Positions 1 to 8,239 of a stretch of DNA of 24,000 bases are shown here, piece after piece. The stretch is from the NCBI GenBank assembly GCA_028711165.1, contig JAQTST010000001.1:454558-478557 (forward strand), given 5' to 3'. Origin of the DNA: Candidatus Nanoarchaeia archaeon. Its GTDB lineage: Archaea; Nanobdellota; Nanobdellia; Pacearchaeales; GW2011-AR1. The notes beneath the pieces are model-generated. The model searched no databases. It was not told the origin of the DNA and saw only the letters and a program-made list of their open reading frames with translations. Position 1 is the stretch's first letter, and every line of letters starts with the position of its first letter. Position numbers and translations under genes: made by a program.

Positions 1-150
1 AAACCAAATCATGCTTGCCATACCAGCAGCGAATACAGTACCATCGGGAAGTCCGCCTTCAATAAAAATAGCCAGAATTGGAGTAATTAATCCAAATCCT
101 CCAAGGATAAAAATATCAGACAGGATTAATATTCTTAATGTCTTATTCAT
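1..150 (-). CDS. MFS-type membrane transporter, N-terminal fragment (truncated by window edge)
   Basis: Reverse strand reads MNKTLRILILSDIFILGGFGLITPILAIFIEGGLPDGTVFAAGMASMIWF from the ATG at 150; typical first TM helix and loop of an MFS transporter. Below the ORF-track length cutoff. Confidence 0.6.
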   Translation of the reverse strand, partial: MNKTLRILILSDIFILGGFGLITPILAIFIEGGLPDGTVFAAGMASMIWF

Positions 151-361
151 TTTCAAATCTGCACTAAACAGTTTCCACTTTTTATGCAAATTAAATTTCT
201 TTTTCATCTTCCCTCTTTTAAATTATAATCAAAATTAGTATTTAAATTTTTAGAATAACAAACTTTAAATTCTCTTAGAAATAAGAATAATTATCTAGCC
301 CACATGCATAGTTCGGGAGTAACCCTCTCGCTTCGCGAATACAATGTGGGTGTAAAACTGT

Positions 362-581
362 GCCCACATCGCATAGTGGTATTGCAGCGGATTGCTATCA
401 AGCGACTTTCCCTTCGGGTTGAGAGTCCACCTCGAGATTCCATTTATGGAAGCTCAATTAAGGTTTTGTCTTTCCCCTTCGGGGTTGAGAGATTTGCTTC
501 TCCCTTCGGGTTGAGAAGCCTTGCTTTCGAGCAAATATCCGCGCCCTTCGGGGCTCGCAGGTTCGATTCCTGCTGTGGGCG
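362..581 (+). tRNA. tRNA-Ser(GCU), class II, interrupted by a ~139-nt intron at 37/38 (exons 362-397 and 537-581)
   Basis: Acceptor GCCCACA (362-368) pairs with TGTGGGC (574-580); D stem GCA/TGC; anticodon stem GCGGA (387-391)/TCCGC (538-542); loop TTGCT A|A with anticodon GCT (394-396); long variable arm GCCC-TTCG-GGGC; T arm GCAGG-TTCGATT-CCTGC; discriminator G. Bulge-helix-bulge: TTGC (392-395) pairs with GCAA (531-534), with 3-nt bulges TAT and ATA. Confidence 0.85.
398..536 (+). other. Archaeal tRNA intron made of consecutive hairpins
   Basis: Lies between the two tRNA-Ser half molecules; ends define BHB bulges; contains hairpins at 404-427, 469-492, 496-519 and 521-534. Confidence 0.75.
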
Positions 582-847
582 TTATTATCGAACCTGGAAC
601 AGGTACGATTCCCGAGCGACTTTGCGAAAGTAGGGTCAGTGTTGAATGAGCGGGGTCGCGAGTTGTCTGTGGGCGTGCGAGGACACCTAATCGGTTTCCT
701 TAACTCGAACCCCCACTCGAATTTTTCAAATTTGACTTCGTGATTCCATCTCGTGAAAATTCTCGGCTTAATCTTCCCTTTAAATTTGTGGTCACGCTTG
801 ATTTTTATCACAATAATATTTAAAAATAAATTTTTCTAAGGGAGATT

Positions 848-1105
848 ATGGAAAATATTTTGAGGACAGAAATAGATAATAAAAAAGTATATTTTCGAGA
901 TGCAAAAGGAAGCAGGTTTATATTGGGAGATTTGGGAAGAACTCTTGAAAAAGAATTAATTGGGAAAGCTAAAGGAGACGGTGAAAAAGGATTTCTATTT
1001 TATGTAAGTGAAGAAGAAAATGAAAATAATATAACAATTTCCCGAGAAGAATACAGCAGACTTGTAGGATACGCCAACGAAAAACTTTCTTTAGAAATAG
1101 ATTAG
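848..1105 (+). CDS. Small hypothetical protein (85 aa)
   Basis: ORF with TTTAAAAAT TATA-like element and TAAGGAG ribosome-binding site directly upstream; charged soluble protein. Confidence 0.65.
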   Translation: MENILRTEIDNKKVYFRDAKGSRFILGDLGRTLEKELIGKAKGDGEKGFLFYVSEEENENNITISREEYSRLVGYANEKLSLEID

Positions 1106-1702
1106 TTATTTAACCGCGACGAATTTGTCTCTGCCAATACTTTTTGCGTTGTATAATGCTTTATCGACTCTCTCCTTGAATTTCTTTTTGCTATCTTCTT
1201 TTGTCCTGAATTGAGTAACTCCGCCGCTGACAGTCAGTTTATGTTTTTTTAAAGTTTTATCTGCGTGGACTAATCTTCTTAATTTCAGAGAAAAAGATTT
1301 TGCTTTTTCCAAATCTGTTTCCGGAAGCAGGATGATAAATTCTTCTCCGCCGAACCTCGCTGCGATGTCTGATTTTCTTACATTTTTTCTTATTACGTCT
1401 GCAAGTTTTTTCAGCAGCTCGTCGGCTTTCATATGCCCGTATTTATCATTTACCTTTTTGAAAAAATCTATGTCAATTATTATCATAGAAAGTTTTTGCT
1501 GTCCTCGTTTTGCTTTCTCGATTTCCATATCAAGAAGCGTTTCGAAAAATTTGTTGTTGTACAATCCTGTTTTCTCGTCGTGGGTTGCAACTTCGTAAAG
1601 CATCGAGACAGATTCGCTCATAGATTCAAATAATTCTTCTATTTTTTTCCTGAACCTCGGGTCGAGTGCCGAAAGTTTCTTTTTAATTTTTCTATCCATC
1701 AA
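1106..1702 (-). CDS. GGDEF-domain diguanylate cyclase
   Basis: DEKTGLYNNKFFE, DIDFFKKVNDKYGH, RKSD-IAARF-GGEEFIILLPET, GVTQF, DKALYNAKSIGRDKF: full set of GGDEF motifs with GGEEF active site and RxxD I-site. Confidence 0.93.
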   Translation of the reverse strand: MMDRKIKKKLSALDPRFRKKIEELFESMSESVSMLYEVATHDEKTGLYNNKFFETLLDMEIEKAKRGQQKLSMIIIDIDFFKKVNDKYGHMKADELLKKLADVIRKNVRKSDIAARFGGEEFIILLPETDLEKAKSFSLKLRRLVHADKTLKKHKLTVSGGVTQFRTKEDSKKKFKERVDKALYNAKSIGRDKFVAVK

Positions 1703-1788
1703 TTATACAAGCAGGAAATATATATAAAATTAGCTATTTAGAAATCTCACTCTGCTCGCGACCCCACTCGGTTTAAATCGAATCAAAA

Positions 1789-2583
1789 TTACTTGCTCGT
1801 GAAATCGCTCGTTTTTCTCTTCTGAATGTAAAACTTATTTAGAACTTCCATTGCCTGCTGTCTTTGTTCAGAATTTCCAAGTCCTTTCCAGTCGAGGAGA
1901 ATCATGTCGATATCTTCTTCTGTTCCTGCAATTGCTTCCTGAACCATTTCTTCTGTAAGGGGGAGGGCATATTGGGGAATTATGTGAGAGATTGCGATGT
2001 TTGAATTCAGCTGGATTTTGTTAAAGTTTGGACAATAATGCGGACCGCCGATTCCGATTGCAATTTCATTGTAAGGGTTCTCTTTGAATTCTTCCATAGT
2101 TTCCAGGATAGATTTAGCGACGACAAAACCTGCGCGCCGGTCTTTCCATTCTTCTTCTGTTGCTCCGATTTCGACAAAAATGCACGGCTTGTTTATCAGC
2201 GGGCCGTGGTGAGTGCATTCTAAAGTCAAGTCATATTTTCTTAAATCAAATTTTTCTATATTCTTTTTTAATTTTTCAAATAATTGTTTTTGAAACAGCG
2301 CAGAAGTTTTGCATATTCTTCCCGCCTGCCCGCCGAATTTAGCTTCAGCCCAGTTTCCCGGAGCGTGAATTGAGATTGTTTTTTCTGCTTTTTCAGACAC
2401 GTGGCGCGAAGCGAAAATGATAAAGTCATAATGGCTGAATTTTTCTGTGTTGAGATTTTCTGTAAAGATGACTTCATTCTCGACGAGATAAAAATTCATA
2501 TTTCCAAACTGACTCAGCTGAGTTGTGATGTTTATCCCTGCTTTGTCAATCTTGCTGGCGACGATGAGATAATTTTTGTACAT
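1789..2583 (-). CDS. dtdA: D-aminoacyl-tRNA deacylase (DTD2 / archaeal GEK1-like)
   Basis: MYKNYLIVASKIDKAGINI...HAPGNW...LTLECTHHGPLINKPCIFVEIGATEEEW...GIGGPHYCPNF; the HHGP and GGxHYxP signatures fit the DTD2 family. Start trimmed to 2583 because the 31 upstream residues of the tracked ORF lie over promoter-like sequence. Confidence 0.88.
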   Translation of the reverse strand: MYKNYLIVASKIDKAGINITTQLSQFGNMNFYLVENEVIFTENLNTEKFSHYDFIIFASRHVSEKAEKTISIHAPGNWAEAKFGGQAGRICKTSALFQKQLFEKLKKNIEKFDLRKYDLTLECTHHGPLINKPCIFVEIGATEEEWKDRRAGFVVAKSILETMEEFKENPYNEIAIGIGGPHYCPNFNKIQLNSNIAISHIIPQYALPLTEEMVQEAIAGTEEDIDMILLDWKGLGNSEQRQQAMEVLNKFYIQKRKTSDFTSK

Positions 2584-2661
2584 AAAAAGAAAGAGGGATA
2601 TCAGTTTAAATTTTTTTATATAATAATATTTATAAATTAAACTACTAAATAGATTTGTAAA

Positions 2662-3024
2662 ATGAGAAATATTCAAAATTTAATTGAAGAAGACAGAATG
2701 AAAATTCCCTTTGATAATGCAGATTTTATGGATTCTACTGAAAGAGAAATAATAGAAAGTAAGATTGGAAAAATAAGTTGGGAAGAAATAAAGAAAAAAT
2801 CTGGCTTCTCGAATATAAAAATAAAAAAAGTTATAGAGCCGTCAGAAAAAAATCCGTATGAGTTTACACGAATGATGACGATGGAATTAACTTGCATTGC
2901 CGGGGGTTATCTCATCGGCGACGGAATTAATAAAGAATATGGCGGATTGATTGGTGCAGTTGTCTTTGGAGCAGTTAATGGTTTTTGTGAATATCAGCTT
3001 CATAAAAAGAGACAAGGATTATAA
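2662..3024 (+). CDS. Hypothetical protein with Gly-rich hydrophobic segment
   Basis: 120-aa ORF upstream of and co-oriented with two further ORFs; C-terminal GGYLIGDGINKEYGGLIGAVVFGAVNG. The internal ATG at 2698 is an alternative start. Confidence 0.55.
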   Translation: MRNIQNLIEEDRMKIPFDNADFMDSTEREIIESKIGKISWEEIKKKSGFSNIKIKKVIEPSEKNPYEFTRMMTMELTCIAGGYLIGDGINKEYGGLIGAVVFGAVNGFCEYQLHKKRQGL

Positions 3025-3045
3025 ATAAGATTTCTTAATAATTAT

Positions 3046-3285
3046 ATGGAAGAATTATATCAAATAATCATCGGGATTATGATTTTAGCAATAGGAATTC
3101 CTCTCGGAGATTTGCTTGCGAGGGCTACAAAAGAAGAGCTGAAAAAAAGGAAAAATCTGTTCAAGACTCTGATAATATTGAGTTCCATCGGCGCAGTTAT
3201 TTTTTTATTTTTGGAAAATGATGCGCTGCTTTTTGGATTGCTTTTTATCGCGATTGTAACCAGCAGGAGTCTGAGAAAGAAATGA
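3046..3285 (+). CDS. Small membrane protein (two or more TM helices)
   Basis: 79 aa, hydrophobic; stop overlaps the start of the next gene by ATGA. Confidence 0.65.
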   Translation: MEELYQIIIGIMILAIGIPLGDLLARATKEELKKRKNLFKTLIILSSIGAVIFLFLENDALLFGLLFIAIVTSRSLRKK

Positions 3286-3998
3286 TATATTTAATCGGAC
3301 TTGGTTTGAATGAAAAAGGAATTTCTGTCGAGGGCATTGGGGCGCTGAAGAAATGCAAAAAAATTTATCTTGAAAATTATACAGTTGATTTCCCTTATTC
3401 TTTTGAAACGCTTGAAAAAATCATTGGTAAAAAAATAATTTCTGCTGACAGGGATTTTGTCGAGGATATGAAAGTTTTGCTTAATGAAGCGAAAGAAAAA
3501 AATGTTGCTCTGCTGATTTACGGAAGTCCGCTGACAGCGACGACGCACATTTCATTAATTGAAGAAGCCCGACGGAGAAATATAAAATATGAAATAATTT
3601 ACGGGGCTTCTGTATTCGACGCGATTGCTGAAACCGGTTTGCAGATTTACAAGTTTGGAAAAATCACGAGCATGCCAAAATGGCAGGAAAGTTTCAAGCC
3701 GACGAGTTTCGTGAAAATTGTAAAAGAAAATCAGAAAGTTGGTGCGCATAGTTTAATCCTCGTCGACATTAATCTTGATTTGAAAAACGCAATCAGAGAA
3801 CTCGAAGAATCTGCAAAAAAAGAAAGACTAAAATTAGGAGATATTATAATTTGTTCAAGACTTGGAACTAAAGACAAAAAAATATTTTATGGGGGATTTA
3901 ACAAAATGAGAAGTATCGAGATGAAAAAACCTTACTGCATAATTATTCCGGGGAAGTTGCATTTTATAGAAGAGGCAGTTCTAAAGAACCTTTCTTGA
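3282..3998 (+). CDS. dph5: Diphthine synthase (diphthamide biosynthesis methyltransferase)
   Basis: MIYLIGLGLNEKGISVEG...YLENYTV...VALLIYGSPLTATTHISLIEEARRRNI...GRITSMPKW-like region...GLQIYKFG: conserved Dph5/DphB tetrapyrrole-methylase-fold motifs. Confidence 0.95.
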   Translation: MIYLIGLGLNEKGISVEGIGALKKCKKIYLENYTVDFPYSFETLEKIIGKKIISADRDFVEDMKVLLNEAKEKNVALLIYGSPLTATTHISLIEEARRRNIKYEIIYGASVFDAIAETGLQIYKFGKITSMPKWQESFKPTSFVKIVKENQKVGAHSLILVDINLDLKNAIRELEESAKKERLKLGDIIICSRLGTKDKKIFYGGFNKMRSIEMKKPYCIIIPGKLHFIEEAVLKNLS

Positions 3999-4064
3999 CT
4001 CCATTTCCAATGTCGTAAGAGGCAGTTCTAAAGAACCTTTCTTAACTTCATCTTCAATGTCGTA
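3971..4064 (+). repeat. Two-copy 47-bp direct tandem repeat spanning the dph5 stop codon
   Basis: agaggcagttctaaagaacctttctt[g/a]act... at 3971-4017 and 4018-4064 with about five mismatches. Confidence 0.85.
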
Positions 4065-4145
4065 GGAAGAAGTTTGAAGAATGGGGAATAGTTTCCTAAA
4101 TCTGCCTATGAGTAATTTTAAAAATATCGGATAATAAGGAATAGT

Positions 4146-6977
4146 ATGTATGAATTTAAGGAGATAGAAGAGAAAGCGAGAGAAGTATGGAAGAAGAATA
4201 AGAAGGAAATTGAAAAAGCGATTCAGGACAATCCGAAAAAGCCATTGTTTTCTTTTTTAGAGGGGCCACCGACGGCAAACGCGCCTCCTGCTTTGCATCA
4301 TCTTGAAGTCAGAACTTTCAAGGATATAATCTGCAAATTCAAATACATGAATGGTTTTTCTGTTCCGAGAAAAGGCGGGTGGGATTGCCACGGCTTGCCT
4401 GTTGAAGTTCAGGTTGAAAAAAAATTAGGACTGGAAGACAAAAAAGCAATTGTAAAATATGGCGTCGATAAATTCATAAAAGAATGCAGAGAAAGTGTCT
4501 GGAGCAATATCAAAGACTGGAACGCGTCGACAGAAGAACTGGCTTACTGGGTTGATTTGAAAAATCCGTATGTGACTTTGGAAAATGATTACATTGAAAG
4601 TGTCTGGTGGAGCCTGAAGGAACTTTACAATCAGAAAATGCTTTACGAAGGGCATAAAGTTGTGCCGTTTTGTCCGAGGTGCGGAACTCCATTGTCCAGC
4701 CACGAAGTTGCTCAGGGCTATCAGGATGTTACAGAAGAATCAGTTTACATTGCATTCAAAGTGAAAGGAAAAAATAATGAGTACATTCTTGCGTGGACAA
4801 CAACGCCGTGGACTCTTCCGGGAAATGTTGCATTGGCAGTAAATCCCGAGATAGATTATGTAAAAGTAAAACTCGAAGACGGCGATAGTTTAATTCTCGG
4901 AAAAGCAAAAACAAATCTTATAAAAGGAAATTATAAAATTGAAAAACAAATCAAGGGGAAAGATTTGGTTGGAATTGAATATGAACCTTTGTATGAAATT
5001 AAAGAATTGAAAAGTGAAAAATCTTACAGAATAATTCCTGCAGATTTTGTAACAACCGAGGACGGAACAGGAGTCGTTCATACTGCAGTGATGTACGGGG
5101 AAGACGATTATAACGTCGGCAAAAGATTTTCACTTCCGCAAGTTCACACTGTCGGACAGGACGGAAAATTTTTGAATATTGCTCCTGAATTTTTACGGGG
5201 GAGATTTGTAAAAGAGGCAGAAAAAGATATCAAAGAAGATTTGAAAAAAAGGCACTTGCTGTTCAAAGTTGAAAAAATAACTCACGCATATCCTTTTTGC
5301 TGGAGATGCAATTCGACATTGCTTTACTACGGCGTTAATTCCTGGTTTATCAAAGTCAGCGAGGTAAGAGACAGACTTATGAAATTGAATAAAGAAATAA
5401 ATTGGGAGCCTGAACACATCAAAGACGGAAGATTTGGAAAATGGCTGGAAGGGGCAAAAGATTGGGCAATTTCAAGATTCAAATTCTGGGGAACACCGTT
5501 GCCGATTTGGAAATGTGAATGCGGGGAGAGAAAAATTATTGGCAGCGTCGCTGAATTGAAAGAAAATGCGACGAAAAAAATCAGCGGAGAAATTGATTTG
5601 CACAAACCGTGGATAGATGGCATAAAACTAAAATGCAAATGCGGTAAAGAAATGTCGAGAATTCCCGACGTGATTGACTGCTGGTATGATTCCGGAAGCG
5701 CGAGTTTTGCTCAGTTCCATTATCCATTTGAAAATAAAAAAGAATTTGAAAAAAGATTTCCTTACGATTTTATTTCTGAAGCAATAGACCAGACGAGAGG
5801 ATGGTTTTACACACTGCACGTCATTGCGACGCTTTTATTCAAAAAACCCGCATACAAAAATGTAATCTGCGCGGGGCACGTTGTCGACGAGAAAGGAGAA
5901 AAAATGTCAAAGTCAAAAGGAAATATAATCAAGCCGAGAGAAATAATTGACAAGACAGGAGTTGATGCAGTGCGACTTCAGTTCTGCACAACAGATATGG
6001 GGAATCAGAAAAGATTTTCATACGATTTAATGAAAGAAGAAGTTCTTCCATTCCTCACTGTTCTTTACAATTGCCATAATTATTACAATCAGCTCGACGA
6101 TGGGAACCTCCAGCGGGTTCTTCACAACTCCAGCAACCGCAAACTAAAAACAGAAGACAAGTGGATTTTGAGCAGATTAAATTCTGTCGTTGTTGAGGTT
6201 ACTGATGAACTGAATAAATTTTCTCTGAACAAACCTTTCGAGATAATTTCAAAATTTGTTGTTAGTGATTTTTCAAGACAGTATATTAAGATGACTAGAG
6301 ACAGAGATGATAACAAGAAAATAATGGGAGAGATTTTAGAAAAGGTTTCGTTATTGATAGCACCTTTTGCTCCTTACATTTCTGAATTTATTTATCAGAA
6401 TTTTTCGAAAGAGTCTGTCCATTTATCATCTTGGCCAAAAGCAGACAAGAAAAAAATTGATAAAAAATTAGAAGAAGCATTTGCAGGTGTTATGAAAATT
6501 ATTGAAACCGGATTAAGAGAAAGGGATAAAGCGCAGATTGGATTAAAATGGCCTTTAGCATCAGCAACAATTTTTTCTCCGAGCAAAACAGAGGACATTG
6601 AAGAGGTAATAAAATCGCAGTTGAATGTAAAAAAAATTGTCTGGAAGAAATCGGATGAATTAAAAATTGAACTTGACACAAAACTCACTCCTGAACTTGA
6701 AGCAGAAGGCTACGCGAGAGAAATGTCGAGAGCTGTTCAGGCTTACAGAAAAGAACTTGGGCTGAAAAAAGAAAATAAAATTGAACTTTCTATTTTTACC
6801 GACGGAGAATTGAAAAAAATTCTTGACGGCTGGAAAAATTTTATTATGGAAAGAACAAATTCTGTGAAATTAGAATTTTTTTCTGAAAATGTTACAACTG
6901 GTAAGGAAAGATTTAAAAACAATATTGAGTTCAAAATTAAAGATAAAAGAGGGCTGATAGTGATTGTAAAAAAATAG
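4146..6977 (+). CDS. ileS: Isoleucyl-tRNA synthetase with altered HIGH signature
   Basis: EGPPTANAPPALHHLEVRTFKD, GWDCHGLPVEVQVEKKLG, DVIDCWYDSGSASFAQFHYP, GWFYTLHVIATLLF, KMSKSKGN. Confidence 0.96.
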   Translation: MYEFKEIEEKAREVWKKNKKEIEKAIQDNPKKPLFSFLEGPPTANAPPALHHLEVRTFKDIICKFKYMNGFSVPRKGGWDCHGLPVEVQVEKKLGLEDKKAIVKYGVDKFIKECRESVWSNIKDWNASTEELAYWVDLKNPYVTLENDYIESVWWSLKELYNQKMLYEGHKVVPFCPRCGTPLSSHEVAQGYQDVTEESVYIAFKVKGKNNEYILAWTTTPWTLPGNVALAVNPEIDYVKVKLEDGDSLILGKAKTNLIKGNYKIEKQIKGKDLVGIEYEPLYEIKELKSEKSYRIIPADFVTTEDGTGVVHTAVMYGEDDYNVGKRFSLPQVHTVGQDGKFLNIAPEFLRGRFVKEAEKDIKEDLKKRHLLFKVEKITHAYPFCWRCNSTLLYYGVNSWFIKVSEVRDRLMKLNKEINWEPEHIKDGRFGKWLEGAKDWAISRFKFWGTPLPIWKCECGERKIIGSVAELKENATKKISGEIDLHKPWIDGIKLKCKCGKEMSRIPDVIDCWYDSGSASFAQFHYPFENKKEFEKRFPYDFISEAIDQTRGWFYTLHVIATLLFKKPAYKNVICAGHVVDEKGEKMSKSKGNIIKPREIIDKTGVDAVRLQFCTTDMGNQKRFSYDLMKEEVLPFLTVLYNCHNYYNQLDDGNLQRVLHNSSNRKLKTEDKWILSRLNSVVVEVTDELNKFSLNKPFEIISKFVVSDFSRQYIKMTRDRDDNKKIMGEILEKVSLLIAPFAPYISEFIYQNFSKESVHLSSWPKADKKKIDKKLEEAFAGVMKIIETGLRERDKAQIGLKWPLASATIFSPSKTEDIEEVIKSQLNVKKIVWKKSDELKIELDTKLTPELEAEGYAREMSRAVQAYRKELGLKKENKIELSIFTDGELKKILDGWKNFIMERTNSVKLEFFSENVTTGKERFKNNIEFKIKDKRGLIVIVKK

Positions 6978-7052
6978 CTACCGGCAAGTAAGACTTATCA
7001 TTTACTCTTTTATCATAACAATATTTAAAAAGAAAATCAAACAGAAAATAAA

Positions 7053-7862
7053 ATGATTGTAAAGGACGAATTTTTGAGCAGATTAAGAAAAATTTTTGAC
7101 TTAAATCTTTATGAAGTCAAAGTATGGACCGCACTTCTCTCACGGGGAACATCAACTGCAGGGGAATTGAGCAGTATTTCTGATGTCCCAAGAAGCAGAA
7201 CTTATGATATTCTTGAAAGTCTTGAAAAGAAAGGATTTATTTTAATGAAACTTGGCAAGCCGATAAAATTTGTTGCACTGAAACCTGAGGAAGTTATTGA
7301 AAGAGTAAAAAAGAATTTAGTTAAATATGCAAAAGAAAGAACAGAGAGACTTGAGAAACTTCATGATGACGAAGTTCTTGGTGAATTAAATCAATTGTTT
7401 ACAAAAGGAATCAAATTTGTTGAACCTTCTGATTTGTCAGGAAGCCTGAAAGGAAGACAGAACTTGTACAATCATATGGACATGATGATTAGGGGAGCTG
7501 AAAGATCAATCACAATTGTAACAACCAGAGACGGGCTTAACAGAAAGATGGAAGTTCTTATGCCGACGCTGGATAAATGCAAAAAGAGGGGAGTTAAAAT
7601 AAGAATTGCTGCGCCTGTTGACAGCAGTAACATAAGTGTTGCAAAAGAATTCAAGAAAGTTGCAGAGATAAAAGATATTGAAGGAAAAATGAAAGCAAGG
7701 TTTGTAATCATTGACGGAAATCAATTAATGTTCATGCTTCTTGACGACGAGAAATTCCATCCGAATTACGATGTAGGAATCTGGATTAATACTGAATTTT
7801 TTTCTCAGGCACTCGAGCAGATGTTTGACATAATGTGGAAGGATTTGAAAGCAGTTAGATAG
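7053..7862 (+). CDS. TrmB-family transcriptional regulator
   Basis: N-terminal winged HTH (LNLYEVKVWTALLSRGTSTAGELSSISDVPRSRTYDILESLEKKGFI) plus a C-terminal PLD-like/TrmB region. Confidence 0.88.
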   Translation: MIVKDEFLSRLRKIFDLNLYEVKVWTALLSRGTSTAGELSSISDVPRSRTYDILESLEKKGFILMKLGKPIKFVALKPEEVIERVKKNLVKYAKERTERLEKLHDDEVLGELNQLFTKGIKFVEPSDLSGSLKGRQNLYNHMDMMIRGAERSITIVTTRDGLNRKMEVLMPTLDKCKKRGVKIRIAAPVDSSNISVAKEFKKVAEIKDIEGKMKARFVIIDGNQLMFMLLDDEKFHPNYDVGIWINTEFFSQALEQMFDIMWKDLKAVR

Positions 7863-7973
7863 TAGTCTAATCAAGATTACAGAAAGATTTGAAACACACA
7901 AAATAATTCTAATGTATAATTAAAAAAGAATTCTAGAAATATAATAAAAAAAATAAAAAAATAAAAAGGATTT

Positions 7974-8171
7974 TTATTGTTTGAGGACAGCCATTACAGC
8001 ACTGACTATTGTTGTTATAACAACAACCCAGCCGGCTACCTGAGTCACAACCAAGGGTACGTATGTCACCGTGAGTGTTCCCCCCGTCATTCCAAATCCT
8101 ACTGCTAGAGATACAAGAATACCTGTAGCCCATGCAACCAGATTCAAAACATTCTTAACTTGTTTTCCCAT
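7974..8171 (-). CDS. Small two-TM membrane protein
   Basis: MGKQVKNVLNLVAWATGILVSLAVGFGMTGGTLTVTYVPLVVTQVAGWVVVITTIVSAVMAVLKQ; strong AAGGAGGTG ribosome-binding site at correct spacing to the ATG at 8171. Confidence 0.7.
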   Translation of the reverse strand: MGKQVKNVLNLVAWATGILVSLAVGFGMTGGTLTVTYVPLVVTQVAGWVVVITTIVSAVMAVLKQ

Positions 8172-8239
8172 TTTCACCTCCTTTTTATTCGAGCCCTATG
8201 ATAATATTAATAAAAAATAGTTTAAATAATTTTTGCTAT

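Noticed and set aside
410-516. CCCTTCGGG repeats considered as a CRISPR-like array
   Set aside because: Only three short copies with irregular spacing, each part of a hairpin, inside a tRNA intron; no spacers of uniform length and no cas genes.
304-811. ORFs 304-633 (+) and 458-811 (-)
   Set aside because: They overlap the tRNA-Ser gene and its intron on both strands; composition reflects repeated hairpins rather than protein; no plausible ribosome-binding site or domain.
4425-6934. Numerous short minus-strand ORFs inside ileS
   Set aside because: Shadow ORFs opposite a strongly supported 943-aa synthetase; no motifs.
7933-8133. ORF 7933-8133 (+) Cys/Asn-rich
   Set aside because: Antisense to the small TM protein at 7974-8171, which has a much better ribosome-binding site and helix pattern.
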